Shown here: positions 34,400 to 44,288 of the stretch, one piece after another
Position numbering within the stretch: the first letter of the stretch is position 1
Layout of the letters: each line of letters starts with the position of its first letter
Source: an uncultured Acidobacteriota bacterium
Lineage (GTDB): Bacteria > Acidobacteriota > Vicinamibacteria > Vicinamibacterales > 2-12-FULL-66-21
DNA: 64,000 bases
Direction: 5' to 3'
NCBI GenBank assembly: GCA_963839705.1
Contig: CAWIWL010000004.1
Span: 128,320-192,319, forward strand
Program-made: the position numbers and the translations under genes
Notes under the pieces: model-generated
What the model was told of the DNA's origin: nothing
What the model saw: only the letters and a program-made list of their open reading frames with translations
Databases searched by the model: none

Positions 34400-37349
34400 C
34401 TAGAAGCCGAACCGCGCGCCAATCTGGAGCGTTCGCGGCGCCGCGCCGTCCCGGAGCGCCGTGAGCACCAGGAACGTGGTCGGCGCTCCCTGGTTCCCCG
34501 ACGGGTTGGCGAAATTCGCCCGGTTGGTGATGTTGAACACGTCGGCCGACAGGTCGAGCGTGCGTCCGTTGCCGACGTTCAGCCGCCAGCCAAACCGCGT
34601 GTCCAGCTGGAAGAAGCCTGGGCCGGTTGCGCCGTTGCGCTTGCCGTCGTAGTCGTCGACCGTGTAGTTGTCGGCGGCGATGGTGCCAGCTCCGGTGTAG
34701 TTGCCTGGCACGAGCGGATCGAACAGCGTGCCATTGCGATCCACGTCGATCAGGTTGTTCGTGAGGGTGAACGGAAGGCCGCTCAGCGCCCGCGCAACCC
34801 AGCTGAACGTCATCCCGTTGGTGTAGGGAACGAGCGTCCGGCCGCTGATCACGAGATTGTGCCGGCGGATGAAGTCGGTCCGGCCCTCGTTCAGACTCGA
34901 GATTCATTTCCGATCCCGACCTGGAAGTTGATGGCGCCCGACCGTTGTTCCCCTGGTTGCCGGTCGCGTCGGCGAAGGTGTACGACACACGCGCGCTGAA
35001 TGCCGTGCGACAGCCGCTTCTCGACCTGCATCAGGAGCGCGTTGTAGTCGGTCTCGCCGACGTTGAGGAACGTGTTGACCTGCTGGAAGGTTGGATCCGG
35101 CCTGACGATCGGGCCGTCGACGCCGTGGTCGTCGCGAACGCCCTTGTTGTTGTCGTAGACGCATGAACATCTCGCGGCCGAGAACGCGCACGAAGTCGGC
35201 GCTCAGCGAAACGGTGGCGCCGAACTGATGCTCGTACCCGACCGAAAGCTCGTCGCAATGAGGGACGCGCCGGCTCGGATCGTCGAGGCGTGACGTTGCC
35301 GGTATTCCGCAGCGTCGATCCTGGCGGAAACATCTGATTCGAGCAGCGCCCTGTTCAGCACAGGACCGTTCACGAGCATCGGATCGGTCGGGAAGTTTCC
35401 GTTGCGCGGTCCGGCGTCGGCAGCCGAAGCCGGGAAGTTCGCGATAAACGAGTCCGAGAACACCCCGTAGTTGAAGAGGCCGCCGATGATCTCGAAGTGC
35501 GTCTTGTCGAAGAACCGGCCGTATCCGCCGCGCGCGACCGAACGCCCGGTGTCGTCGAGCGCATAGGACAGCCCGACGCGCGGCTGGAAGTTGTTCGCGG
35601 TCGACCGGATAGTCGTCTTCGTTGGCGAAATTCGGGTTGTTACGTTCTCGGCAACCGGAATCATCTCGACGTCGTAGCGGAGGCCGATCGTCGCGGTCAG
35701 GCGGTTCGCCCATCTTCCACTTGTCCTGAGCGAAGAACGAGAGGTAATGCGCCTTCTCGAGGAAAGCGGACTGGCCGGGCACGCGGACCGTCAGGCGGTC
35801 CGGATAGGTTCGGGGATCGTTGGCATTGAACGGCCCGTTGCTCGTGCCAAAGGTGAAGGTGCCGTTCAGGTTCGCCTTGGTCTGAAGTTGTCGGCAGTGA
35901 CGTACTCGCACTGTGTCGCCGAACTTGACGTCGTGGTCGCCGCTGCTTGTTGGGCAGGAACCAGGAGAACGTATCCTCAATCTGATACGCGTCGTTGACG
36001 CGGGCCTGCGCACGTATTGTCCTGCTGATCGTGAAGGTCTGAAAGGCGAGCGTCGGGTCGCAGGCAGCATGGCGCGGCCGTTGCCGTTGAAGCAGGGATT
36101 GGCGAACGCCACGTCCTCCTGCGTCCAACCCGCGCGGAGGGAGTTCAGCTTCGTGCTGCCGAAGACGGACGAGAACGTCGCGAGTACCGTCTGGTCCTTG
36201 TCGTCTTCCTCGCGGATGGCTCCGGACGCGACGATATCTGACGGCGGAGCGATCGCCTGGTTTCGCTGCGGCGACAACTCACGGAGCCATCGAACGCCCC
36301 ACGTGTGATTGGCGTTCATCTGCTGATCGAACTTGACCATCGTGTTCCACACGCGATCCTGGGTTGTCGGGCTCCAGTTCAAATCGGGCCGCGCCGGAAT
36401 GACGATGGCGGCGCCGCGATCGATCATGACGCGCTCGAGGCTGAAGAAGAAGTGCGCCTTGTCCTTGACGATCGGACCGCCGATCGTGCCGCCGAACTCC
36501 GTGCGCTTGGTGTCGGGCTTGTTGAGGTTGCGCTCCTTCGCAAAGTAGTCCTTGGCCGTCCAGTCAGCGTCCTGCCCGAAGATGAAGGCGCTGCCGTGGA
36601 AGCACGTTCGTCCCGCTCTTGGTGACCGCGTTGATGATCGCACCGGTCGTGCGCCCGAACTGCGCGTCGAACTGGTTCGTGATGACCTGGAACTCCTGCA
36701 CCGACTCGATCGCGGTCCGCGCCTGCGTCCCGGCGCGCTGACCGATGACGTCGTCGTTGTTGTTGCCGCCGTCCAGCATGTAGTTGTTGCTGCGCGGATC
36801 CGCGCCGTTCACCGAAATCGAGTCCGAGCCGAATGACTCGGTGCTGATGCTCGGCACGATGCCCGGGAGAAGCCCGATGAAGCCGATGAAGTTGCGGTTG
36901 ATCGAGGGGAGATCGACGAGCTCGCCGCCGCCGATGTTGCCGCCGACTTCCTTGGTCGTCACATCGACGAGTGGCGACTCGGCCGACACGCTGACACGAC
37001 TTCCTCTATCCCGCCAACGGCAAGCTGCAGATCCAGCGTCGTCGTCTTGCCGATTTCGAGGCGGATGTCTTTCAGACCCAGCTTCTTGAATCCCTGCAGT
37101 TCCGCGCGTGATTTCGTAGACTCCCGGGACGAGGCCGCCGACGAAATAGGTTCCGTCCGCGCCGCTTACGGTCTCGCGGAACATACCGGTCGTCCTGGTT
37201 CTTGGCGACGACCGTCGCTCCCGGTACTGCCGCACGCTTGCGTGTCAACGACCTTGCCTTTGATCTCGGTCGTGCCCTGCTGCGCGAATGCGCTCGCGGC
37301 GCACATGAGCAGGCCACTGAGCACGCAGGCTCAATACACGTGACTTCAT
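34400..37349 (-). pseudogene. TonB-dependent receptor (CarboxypepD_reg + plug + barrel, ~980 aa) disrupted by at least ten frameshifts
   Basis: Recognisable receptor segments are scattered over all three minus frames. They include MKSRVLSL / LSGLLMCAASAFAQQGTTEIKGKVVDTQ / AVPGATVVAKNQD / TGMFRETVSGADGTYFVGGLVPGVYEIT / AELQGFKKLGLKDIRLEIGKTTTLDLQLAVGG. Next comes VSAESPLVDVTTKEVGG...NGADPRSNNYMLDGG...VTKSGTN (ORF 36564..37235). Then FHGSAFIFGQD...FSLERV... (34904..36643), CDPTLAFQTFTISRT... (35697..36128) and FQPRVGLSYALDDTGRSVARGGYGRFFDK... (35203..35664). The C-terminus is ...LQIGARFGF (34400..34852). Confidence 0.8.
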
Positions 37350-37730
37350 GATCACGTCTCCTCCCTCAGCACGCGGTCGTCACGACATGCAGCGACCGCT
37401 GACTCGCACGGCGCGCTCGCCGCATTCGTCGCATTCGTCCCACCATCCATCCCCGTTCAGTCGAGCAACTCCGGAAACTCGTATGAGCGTTTCCGGATCT
37501 TGAATGCCGATCGGAGGCAACCGGCGAAAAGACTCCTGAACTCGAACCGCCCTGACCCCGCACCGGGTCACCCGACGATGGATGAGCAACCGGAGTGCCG
37601 TGAGGCCTGCGACCAATCGAAATTGGCCTTTTGGCACCCTGGACGCCGATGTCGAGTAATCGGCTGGCGGCATCGCGCGCGACCGCGTAACGGCGACTGA
37701 CTCGTGCGTGGCAAGCGGATTCAGCTCAGC

Positions 37731-37758
37731 GTATACAAACTGAGTCCCATAAGTATAC
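37731..37758. promoter_or_regulatory. Operator-like site GTATAC-AAACTGAGTCCCATAA-GTATAC upstream of the receptor pseudogene
   Basis: Two GTATAC palindromes lie 16 nt apart. The site closely resembles the one at 38555-38583 (shared GTATACAAMCTGAGTSC). Confidence 0.45.
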
Positions 37759-37834
37759 AGTCAAAAACTTCAACAAAACAGGCAGACTTGCCCAGGTGCG
37801 GCTCTGGAGGAGCAACTGGTGTGAGGGCGGGGAC

Positions 37835-38554
37835 TTAAACGACGCCGACGTGCGTCAACTGGCCACGCAGGAGAGCTTCCTTCATCAACCGGCTGCCGCA
37901 GTCGAGGTGATCTTCCATGCGGGCACGCGCGGCTGCTGGGTCGCGGCGCTCGATCGCGTCGACAATCGCGAGGTGCGCTTCGGTTGCACCCTGCTGAAAC
38001 GGACCGAAGTGCACGCCGAGCGACATGAACCGATCGACTTTCGCAAGACAGCGATCGATCAGTTCCATCGCCAGCGTGTTGCGCGCCGCCGCCGCGATGG
38101 CGAGATGGAACCGGACGTTTGCGGCCTCCGCGTCGCGATACTCGACGGGCGCGTCGCTCCGCCGGTGACGCGCATCGGCGGGAATCGTCTGCGGCAGCGA
38201 CGCGAGATGTCGCAGCTGTACGACCTCATCCGCGGTCGCGCGTTCCGCGGCCCACGCGGCGGCGGCGCCCTCGAGCACGCGCCGCACGTCGAACGTCTCG
38301 TGGATCAACTGAACCGTCACGCGCGCGACGAAATAGCCATGGCCGGCCACGCGGTCGAGGTATTGTTCCTGCCAGAGACGAGTCAGGCCCTCGCGCACGG
38401 GCGTGCGGCTCATGCGATGCTCGCGCGCCAGCATGACTTCGGAGAGCGGCGCGCCCGGACGATAGCGGCCGTCGACAATGCCGGCTTTGATCTCGCGATA
38501 CGCGCGCTCCACCTGGGAGGCGTCCGAGGGAACGGGCTGAGGTGCTGATTTCAC
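37835..38554 (-). CDS. GntR-family transcriptional regulator (FadR/FCD subfamily)
   Basis: wHTH (YREIKAGIVDGRYRPGAPLSEVMLAREHRMSRTPVREGLTRLWQEQYLDRVAGHGYFV) plus a helical FCD-like C-terminal domain. Start set to GTG 38554; the ORF-track start GTG 38596 would place the operator-like site inside the coding sequence. Confidence 0.8.
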   Translation of the reverse strand: MKSAPQPVPSDASQVERAYREIKAGIVDGRYRPGAPLSEVMLAREHRMSRTPVREGLTRLWQEQYLDRVAGHGYFVARVTVQLIHETFDVRRVLEGAAAAWAAERATADEVVQLRHLASLPQTIPADARHRRSDAPVEYRDAEAANVRFHLAIAAAARNTLAMELIDRCLAKVDRFMSLGVHFGPFQQGATEAHLAIVDAIERRDPAAARARMEDHLDCGSRLMKEALLRGQLTHVGVV

Positions 38555-38583
38555 GTATACAACCTGAGTGCTTTCCAGTATAC
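38555..38583. promoter_or_regulatory. Operator-like site GTATAC-AACCTGAGTGCTTTCCA-GTATAC at the GntR 5' end / divergent spacer
   Basis: Second copy of the GTATAC-N16/17-GTATAC motif, in the same orientation as 37731-37758. Confidence 0.45.
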
Positions 38584-38701
38584 CGTCGATTTCCACAGGG
38601 GAAATGAGTCCTCCGTGGTATTCTTTCCGGGCCTTTCCCAGAGGGCTCGGGTTCCCAGCCCGATGCGATCCGACTAATCCAGCCGGGGCGAGACGCGTTG
38701 C

Positions 38702-39517
38702 ATGCCGACACGTATTGCGGTGGTGTGTGTGTGTGCCTTGGTGATGGTCGGGGCGGCCACGCCCTCGTTTGCCCAGTCCAGCGCCGTTTCAACTTCCAGC
38801 CGGGCCACCGGCGAGAACTATCACGTCGAAGTCTCCGGGTTGCTCTGGGACCCAACGCCTGCGATCGTGCTCAACAGCGAGTCCATCGACGGCATCGTCG
38901 GCACCGACATCGACTTCGTCAGCGAGTTCGGCATCGAGAAGTCCTGGTTCAAGCAGCTCAAAGTCGTGCTGCGCCCCGCGACGAAACACAAGTTCCGCTT
39001 CGAGTACACGCCGATCAATTACGAGGCGTCTGCGATCCTGCGGCGGGATCTCGTCTTCAACGGCATCGAGTTTCCACTCCAGGTACCGATTGAAGGCGAC
39101 CTCACCTGGCGAGCGTACCGGTTCTCGTATGAATACGACTTCGTCTACCTCGATCGCGGCTTCGTGGGGCTCGTGCTCGAAGCGAAGTACACCGACGTCG
39201 GGGCGTCACTGCGGAATGTGCTCGACTTCGAGTTCGTCCGCGCCCACGCACCGATACCGGCCATCGGGCTCATCGGGCGAGGATATGTCGCGCCCAATAT
39301 CTCGATCACCGGCGAGTTCACGTTCTTCAAGCTGCCGGAAATCCAGGGCAACAGCGGCCGGTACTTTGACTTCGATCTCTACGGCACCGTCAACTTCACC
39401 AACAACGTGGGCGCCCAGGGTGGCTATCGATCTTTTGACGTCATCTACAAGGCGGGGAACGATAACGGCGACTTGCAGATGAAGGGGCTCTATTTCGGAG
39501 GCGTGGCTCGCTTCTAG
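38702..39517 (+). CDS. Putative outer-membrane beta-barrel protein, unknown function
   Basis: Signal peptide (VCVCALVMVGAATPSFAQS), alternating amphipathic strands, and C-terminal ...GLYFGGVARF ending in Phe. Confidence 0.5.
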   Translation: MPTRIAVVCVCALVMVGAATPSFAQSSAVSTSSRATGENYHVEVSGLLWDPTPAIVLNSESIDGIVGTDIDFVSEFGIEKSWFKQLKVVLRPATKHKFRFEYTPINYEASAILRRDLVFNGIEFPLQVPIEGDLTWRAYRFSYEYDFVYLDRGFVGLVLEAKYTDVGASLRNVLDFEFVRAHAPIPAIGLIGRGYVAPNISITGEFTFFKLPEIQGNSGRYFDFDLYGTVNFTNNVGAQGGYRSFDVIYKAGNDNGDLQMKGLYFGGVARF

Positions 39518-39522
39518 TCTTA

Positions 39523-39545
39523 TCCGAGGGGCTTCGCCCCTCGGA
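39523..39545 (+). terminator. Hairpin TCCGAGGGGC-TTC-GCCCCTCGGA after the beta-barrel gene
   Basis: A 10-bp perfect stem 6 nt after the stop. There is no clear T-tract. Confidence 0.5.
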
Positions 39546-39708
39546 CTCCCCTACTGGCTCGCTCGCGGGGGCCCCAACGCCCCGCTCCGCTCGCCAGGCT
39601 CACTCGCTTCCGCTCGTTCGCGCTGTTTATGAGACAGCTAGACTACACGCTCTCTCGCCATGCTCGCTCGCGACTTGGAACGAGCGTCAGGTTTAGGAGA
39701 TAGCTTCT

Positions 39709-42420
39709 CTAGCGTCCCGGCTTCACCCACACCCCGAGAAAACGGTCATCGCGGCTGTCGGACGTTGATGCCGACGGACGGAACCCCGAGGTCGTCGTCG
39801 CCGTGACGAACGCCGCTCGCTGACCGGTACCGAGCGGCACCTGTACGTGACGCTCCTCCCCCGGCGATAGCGTCAGCTCTTCACGCCACTGTCCCGACAC
39901 CATGGTGAGGCGATTCTCCACGGGCGCATTGCGAATCATCAGGTCGACCGAGGATTGCGACCGGTCTGACTGCACGACGAACGCCGACTGCCGGCTCCCG
40001 CCGATCCAGAAGCCTTCAGGCTCGGCGAAGCTGCGCTCGTCGAGAAAGAACACCGAGACGCCGGCATATTTCACCGCGCGCCGCGCGACGAGATCGGACA
40101 GGCGCGCGCTCGCCGGCAGTATGGACTGAGGCTCGACGACCACGCGGCGGACTGCGCGCCTCGCGTCCTCGTCTCCGCGGACGATGAGCGCGCGAACGTC
40201 TATCGGAAACGTCATCTCGATCGGGGGAGCCGGCCAGGTGATCGCTTCGCTCCGCAACGCGAACTGATCCTGGCCGATCCCGAGCATCAGCCAGCCTCCT
40301 GTGCCGCTACCTTCGACCCGAACACGATAGGTGCCCGCAGGAACGGACGGCAGAACGGCAATCGTCGGATCGCTGCGGCCCCGCAGGGGGGCGCCGCCGA
40401 GCACCGCCGGTTCGAGCGGCAGCATCTCGAGCAGCCGGCCGGACGAGAGCACTCGGGGCGGCATGACTTGGACCGCGAGCGCCCGCGGTTCAGCGGCCAG
40501 CCCGCGCAGCACGTCGAGCTCGGCGGGGGCCGTCAGCAAGGCTGCCGACCCGTGCATGCGCCAGGTTACAGAGACAGCAAGCATCGCCGCGACGATGTGC
40601 ACGGCTGTGACCATCGTCAGCAGACGCCCCCGATCCGCGAAACGAGTGACGCCCGCGAGCACGCGTGAGCACCACCAGGCCAGCAAGAGCGCGGCGACCC
40701 AGACGCCGATGTCCACGGCAAAAGAGCCTTCGCGTCCTCTGAACCAGATCGGCACCCCGTCGGCCAGCGGGGCGAGCTTCGACGCCCACTCGAGCCAGAG
40801 GGCCGTGGTCTCGCGCGTGTTATACGCCAGCCGTCCGCCGTCCGTGACGACGAGCACCCACGACAGAAACGCCGTGAAGGCCAGCGCACCCGCCGCGACC
40901 GCGCGCGAACCGCGATTCCGCATGCGAGCCCAGGCAACGGCGCACGGGATGGCGAGAACCGGAACGGCTGGATTGGCCAATCGCGCCGGTGCGCTCCACC
41001 CGGCCCACCACATGGCATAGCTCGTCGCCGTCAGGAGATACGGAACCGTGACGAAGAGCAACTCGAGCGCCAGGCGACGATCGGCGAGCCCTGACGAACC
41101 TGGCCAGGCCGCAGAAGGACTCGCCGTGCGGAGCATCATCACCAGGCCGGCGACGCCGACCGCGAGCACAGGCGCGTTCGCGATCAGGCCGAATCGCTGA
41201 TCGAAGAGCAGCCCGGCGAGCCCGCCGGGGATGAACCCGAGCGAGAACTCGCGCGTCGTGCCATAAGGCGCCGAAGGGTCCGCGACGCCATAGATAGCAA
41301 CGAAGAGGCCCATCCAGCCAACAGCGCTGATAGCGGGCACCGAGAGAAAAGCCACCGCCTTCCCCGCCGGGTTCTTCGTGAACGCCAGGCGGAGCAGTAC
41401 CAGCGCGCCGATGCTGCCCGCGAGCAGGGCGAAGCGGCTGTGCAGCCACGGCAGTAGCGCCAACGCCATCCCGTGCAGGAACCACGGCAGCAGACGGGCG
41501 GCGCCCGTTCGCCGCTCTTCTTCTGCTCGGAGCAGCGCCCACACGCCGGTCAGCGCAATCACGCCGCCGGGACCATCGGGATAGACAGTGAAGCTGTGAA
41601 AGATGCTCGTCGCCGCAAGCGTAATTGCCGCCCAGCCAAACCAGGCTGCCGTCCGATTCCCCGAGGACAGCCACGCGAGATGCCAGGCGAGCGCGCTGCC
41701 GCAGGACGCGATCACGAGGAGCCACAAGACGACGCCGCGGTAACCGCCGAACACAAACGCCGGCGCGACGAGCGCGGAAAGCCCGGGGGCATGTATGGAG
41801 TAAATCTCGCCGTTCATGCCACGGCGGATGTAGTGGGGCGCGAGCGGACCGGCAAAGTACGACTGATAGTCGCCTCTCCGGTGGTTGTTCTCGATCTTCA
41901 GATCGCCATCGAGCAGCAGGCTCTGCGTGATGACGAGGTAGTGCGGCTCGTCCCCGCCCGGGACCGACGGAGCGACTTCCCACGCGGCAAAGGCAAAGAC
42001 ACAGAAGGCGAGAACTCCCGCCGCAAGACGGGGTCTCTCCCGCACCCGTGCGGCGACGCCAGGCAGGAAGCGCTCCGCTCGCGGAAGGCGGGTTGCGGTA
42101 GCGATCATGACGAGCACGACGGCCGTCCAGATCACCCACCTGATCGATCCGGCCCATATCAGGAAGACCGTTGGCGCCGGCCACGGCAGCCACGGCAAGA
42201 CGACGAGCGACAGAAGCCAGACGGGCGCGAGCGAGGCGCCGGCGCGTGCGAGCCATACGACCATCGACGCCGCCAGGACGGCGGTTGCAATCGCGATCGG
42301 CGAAACAGGCAGCAATCCGATGCGCGATCCGTCAAGGCCGGCGACGGCGAGCGTGCTCTGCGACAGCCACGCGGCGACGGCTACGAGCAGCGCCGCCACG
42401 GGCAAAGCGGGACGGGTCAT
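39709..42420 (-). CDS. Large polytopic membrane protein with ~350-aa C-terminal soluble domain (GT-C glycosyltransferase-like, tentative)
   Basis: 903 aa with at least 12 predicted TM segments. The first-loop acidic motif PGGDEPHYLVITQSLLLDGDLKIENN is reminiscent of GT-C (ArnT/PMT-like) enzymes. I recognise no specific family. Confidence 0.6.
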   Translation of the reverse strand: MTRPALPVAALLVAVAAWLSQSTLAVAGLDGSRIGLLPVSPIAIATAVLAASMVVWLARAGASLAPVWLLSLVVLPWLPWPAPTVFLIWAGSIRWVIWTAVVLVMIATATRLPRAERFLPGVAARVRERPRLAAGVLAFCVFAFAAWEVAPSVPGGDEPHYLVITQSLLLDGDLKIENNHRRGDYQSYFAGPLAPHYIRRGMNGEIYSIHAPGLSALVAPAFVFGGYRGVVLWLLVIASCGSALAWHLAWLSSGNRTAAWFGWAAITLAATSIFHSFTVYPDGPGGVIALTGVWALLRAEEERRTGAARLLPWFLHGMALALLPWLHSRFALLAGSIGALVLLRLAFTKNPAGKAVAFLSVPAISAVGWMGLFVAIYGVADPSAPYGTTREFSLGFIPGGLAGLLFDQRFGLIANAPVLAVGVAGLVMMLRTASPSAAWPGSSGLADRRLALELLFVTVPYLLTATSYAMWWAGWSAPARLANPAVPVLAIPCAVAWARMRNRGSRAVAAGALAFTAFLSWVLVVTDGGRLAYNTRETTALWLEWASKLAPLADGVPIWFRGREGSFAVDIGVWVAALLLAWWCSRVLAGVTRFADRGRLLTMVTAVHIVAAMLAVSVTWRMHGSAALLTAPAELDVLRGLAAEPRALAVQVMPPRVLSSGRLLEMLPLEPAVLGGAPLRGRSDPTIAVLPSVPAGTYRVRVEGSGTGGWLMLGIGQDQFALRSEAITWPAPPIEMTFPIDVRALIVRGDEDARRAVRRVVVEPQSILPASARLSDLVARRAVKYAGVSVFFLDERSFAEPEGFWIGGSRQSAFVVQSDRSQSSVDLMIRNAPVENRLTMVSGQWREELTLSPGEERHVQVPLGTGQRAAFVTATTTSGFRPSASTSDSRDDRFLGVWVKPGR

Positions 42421-42464
42421 GTAGAATGCTGGTCATTCTATCGACAAATCGTTGAGACGGCGTT

Positions 42465-42495
42465 GGGCTTCAGGCTTTAGGCTCTGGGCTCTAGG
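42465..42495. repeat. Single-arm heptamer array GGGCTTC AGGCTTT AGGCTCT GGGCTCT AGG (same family as 25103-25193)
   Basis: Read directly from the divergent spacer between the two membrane-protein genes. Confidence 0.6.
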
Positions 42496-42564
42496 TCAGG
42501 CAATCGAGCGAGTTGCACGCCACGCGAAGAGAGAGCTAAGGACCCCAGGGAATCACGCAGAAGA

Positions 42565-44277
42565 ATGGACGACCGATCGTCTGCCGACTCATCGCCCGTC
42601 CAGCCGCTGAGCGTTCGCGTGCGCCACGCCGTCCTTCTCGGGGCCGCTGCCCTGGCGGCGGCGGTGCTCATGACCTGGCCCCTCGCCGCGGGCATCGGCC
42701 ACCTCGGTCGCACGCAGAATTCAGGTGACGGCCGCTTTGCCGTGTGGAACGTCGCGTGGGTCGCGCACGCGCTCGTCACCAAGCCGACGGATCTCTTCGA
42801 CGCCAACATCTTCTATCCGCATCGCCGGGCGCTCGCGTTCTCCGAATCCAATATCGGCGCCGGCACGATTGCGGTGCCAGTCTGGGTGGCCACGAAGAAT
42901 CCCTTCGCGGCCCACAACTCGGTCGTCATCTTCGGCTTCGCGCTGTCGGTCGTGGGCGCGTGGCTGCTGGCACGAAAGCTCACGAACGACGGCGCGGCCG
43001 CAGCCACGGCCGCTGTGCTGTTTGCGTTCTGCCCGTACGTCTTCTCACACACGGCCCACATCCAGTTGCTGCTCGTGGGCGGCATCCCGATCTGTCTACT
43101 GCTGTTTCACCGGCTCGCGGATGCGCCGTCGCCCGCACGCGGCCTGGCTCTCGGAATGGCGCTCGCGGCCCAGGCCCTTTCCTGTGCGTACTACGGGATT
43201 TCGGCCGGGCTGACGGTCGGCTACGCCGTGCTCTTCCTCGCGTGGTCACGCCGGCTGTGGACCTCGCGGCCGTTCTGGATTTCGGTGACGATCGCCGCGG
43301 CGGTCTCCATCCTCCTGGTCCTGCCGTTTTTCATGCCCTACCTCGAGATTCAACAGGAGACCGGCTTCGCCCGCTCGCTCGACGATGCCGCGCGGTGGTC
43401 GGCGTTCTGGCGCTCGTATCTCGCCTCGGGCGCGCACGCCCATGCGTGGATGCTGCCGCTCATCGGCGACGCGAATCAGGCGGTGCTCTTTCCCGGGTAT
43501 CTCTCGATCGTGCTGGGGGCGTTCGGAGTGGTGGCGGTCTGGAAGAGATCCCCGACCGTCGCACGCACCGGACGCCTGGCAGCGGATCGGGAGACGATCG
43601 CGCTGTACGGATCCGTCGCGGTCCTCACGCTCTGGGCGTCGCTCGGTCCGCGTGCGGGCCTTTATACGGTCCTCTACACGACCATTCCGGTTTTTTCGTT
43701 TCTGCGGGCGCCCGAGCGGATGGGCATCATGGTGATGCTGTGCCTCGCCATCCTCGCCGCGTTCGCCGTCCGCGAACTGCGGCACCGGTTTCCGATGCAC
43801 CGCGCCGCGATCGCCGGGGTCGCGTGCGCAGCGGCGCTGGTCGAGCTGAACGACATTCCCTTCGACTGGCGCCCCGACAGCGTCCCGCCGGTGTACCGCG
43901 CGCTCGCGGCGATGCCTCGCGGACCGGTGGCCGAATTCCCGTTCTTCGATCGTCGAACGGATTTTCACATCCACACACGCTACATGCTGAACTCGACCGC
44001 GCACTGGCAGCCGCTCCTGAACGGCTACAGCGACCACATTCCCGCGGACTTCAGGACGCGGGCGCCCGTTCTGGCGACATTCCCGTCACACGAGAGCTTT
44101 GGCGCGCTGAAGGATCTCCGGGTACGCTACATCACGCTCAATCGAGGACGTCAGGGATACGGCAGCGCGACGTGGCCGGACATCGAGCGCCGGCTGCTGC
44201 CGTACCTGGCCCACCTCGGCGTGGTCGCCGACGATGGAGACGTGGTGATCTATGAGGTGAAGAGCTGGCCGAAGTGA
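42565..44277 (+). CDS. Polytopic membrane protein (GT-C / YfhO-like, tentative)
   Basis: 570 aa with ~11 TM segments. N-terminal pattern WPLAAGIGHLGR...GDGRFAVWNVAWVAHAL...LFDANIFYPHRRALAFSESNIGAG resembles uncharacterised GT-C-type membrane proteins. Confidence 0.6.
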   Translation: MDDRSSADSSPVQPLSVRVRHAVLLGAAALAAAVLMTWPLAAGIGHLGRTQNSGDGRFAVWNVAWVAHALVTKPTDLFDANIFYPHRRALAFSESNIGAGTIAVPVWVATKNPFAAHNSVVIFGFALSVVGAWLLARKLTNDGAAAATAAVLFAFCPYVFSHTAHIQLLLVGGIPICLLLFHRLADAPSPARGLALGMALAAQALSCAYYGISAGLTVGYAVLFLAWSRRLWTSRPFWISVTIAAAVSILLVLPFFMPYLEIQQETGFARSLDDAARWSAFWRSYLASGAHAHAWMLPLIGDANQAVLFPGYLSIVLGAFGVVAVWKRSPTVARTGRLAADRETIALYGSVAVLTLWASLGPRAGLYTVLYTTIPVFSFLRAPERMGIMVMLCLAILAAFAVRELRHRFPMHRAAIAGVACAAALVELNDIPFDWRPDSVPPVYRALAAMPRGPVAEFPFFDRRTDFHIHTRYMLNSTAHWQPLLNGYSDHIPADFRTRAPVLATFPSHESFGALKDLRVRYITLNRGRQGYGSATWPDIERRLLPYLAHLGVVADDGDVVIYEVKSWPK

Positions 44278-44288
44278 AAAACGAACCT

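Noticed and set aside
37350-37730. Possible cobalamin or TPP riboswitch in the ~380-nt leader of the TonB-dependent receptor pseudogene
   Set aside because: I read the minus-strand leader and found no B12 box (AGYCMGgAgaCCkGCc-like) or THI-box (CTGAGA ... ACCTGATCTGGATAATGCCAGCG-like) core. A cmsearch would be needed to exclude it fully.
42744-44255. 503-aa plus-strand ORF overlapping 42565..44277 in another frame, and minus-strand ORF 40820..42256 (478 aa) overlapping 39709..42420
   Set aside because: The alternative frames give Arg/Pro-rich nonsense. The chosen frames give coherent TM-helix proteins.
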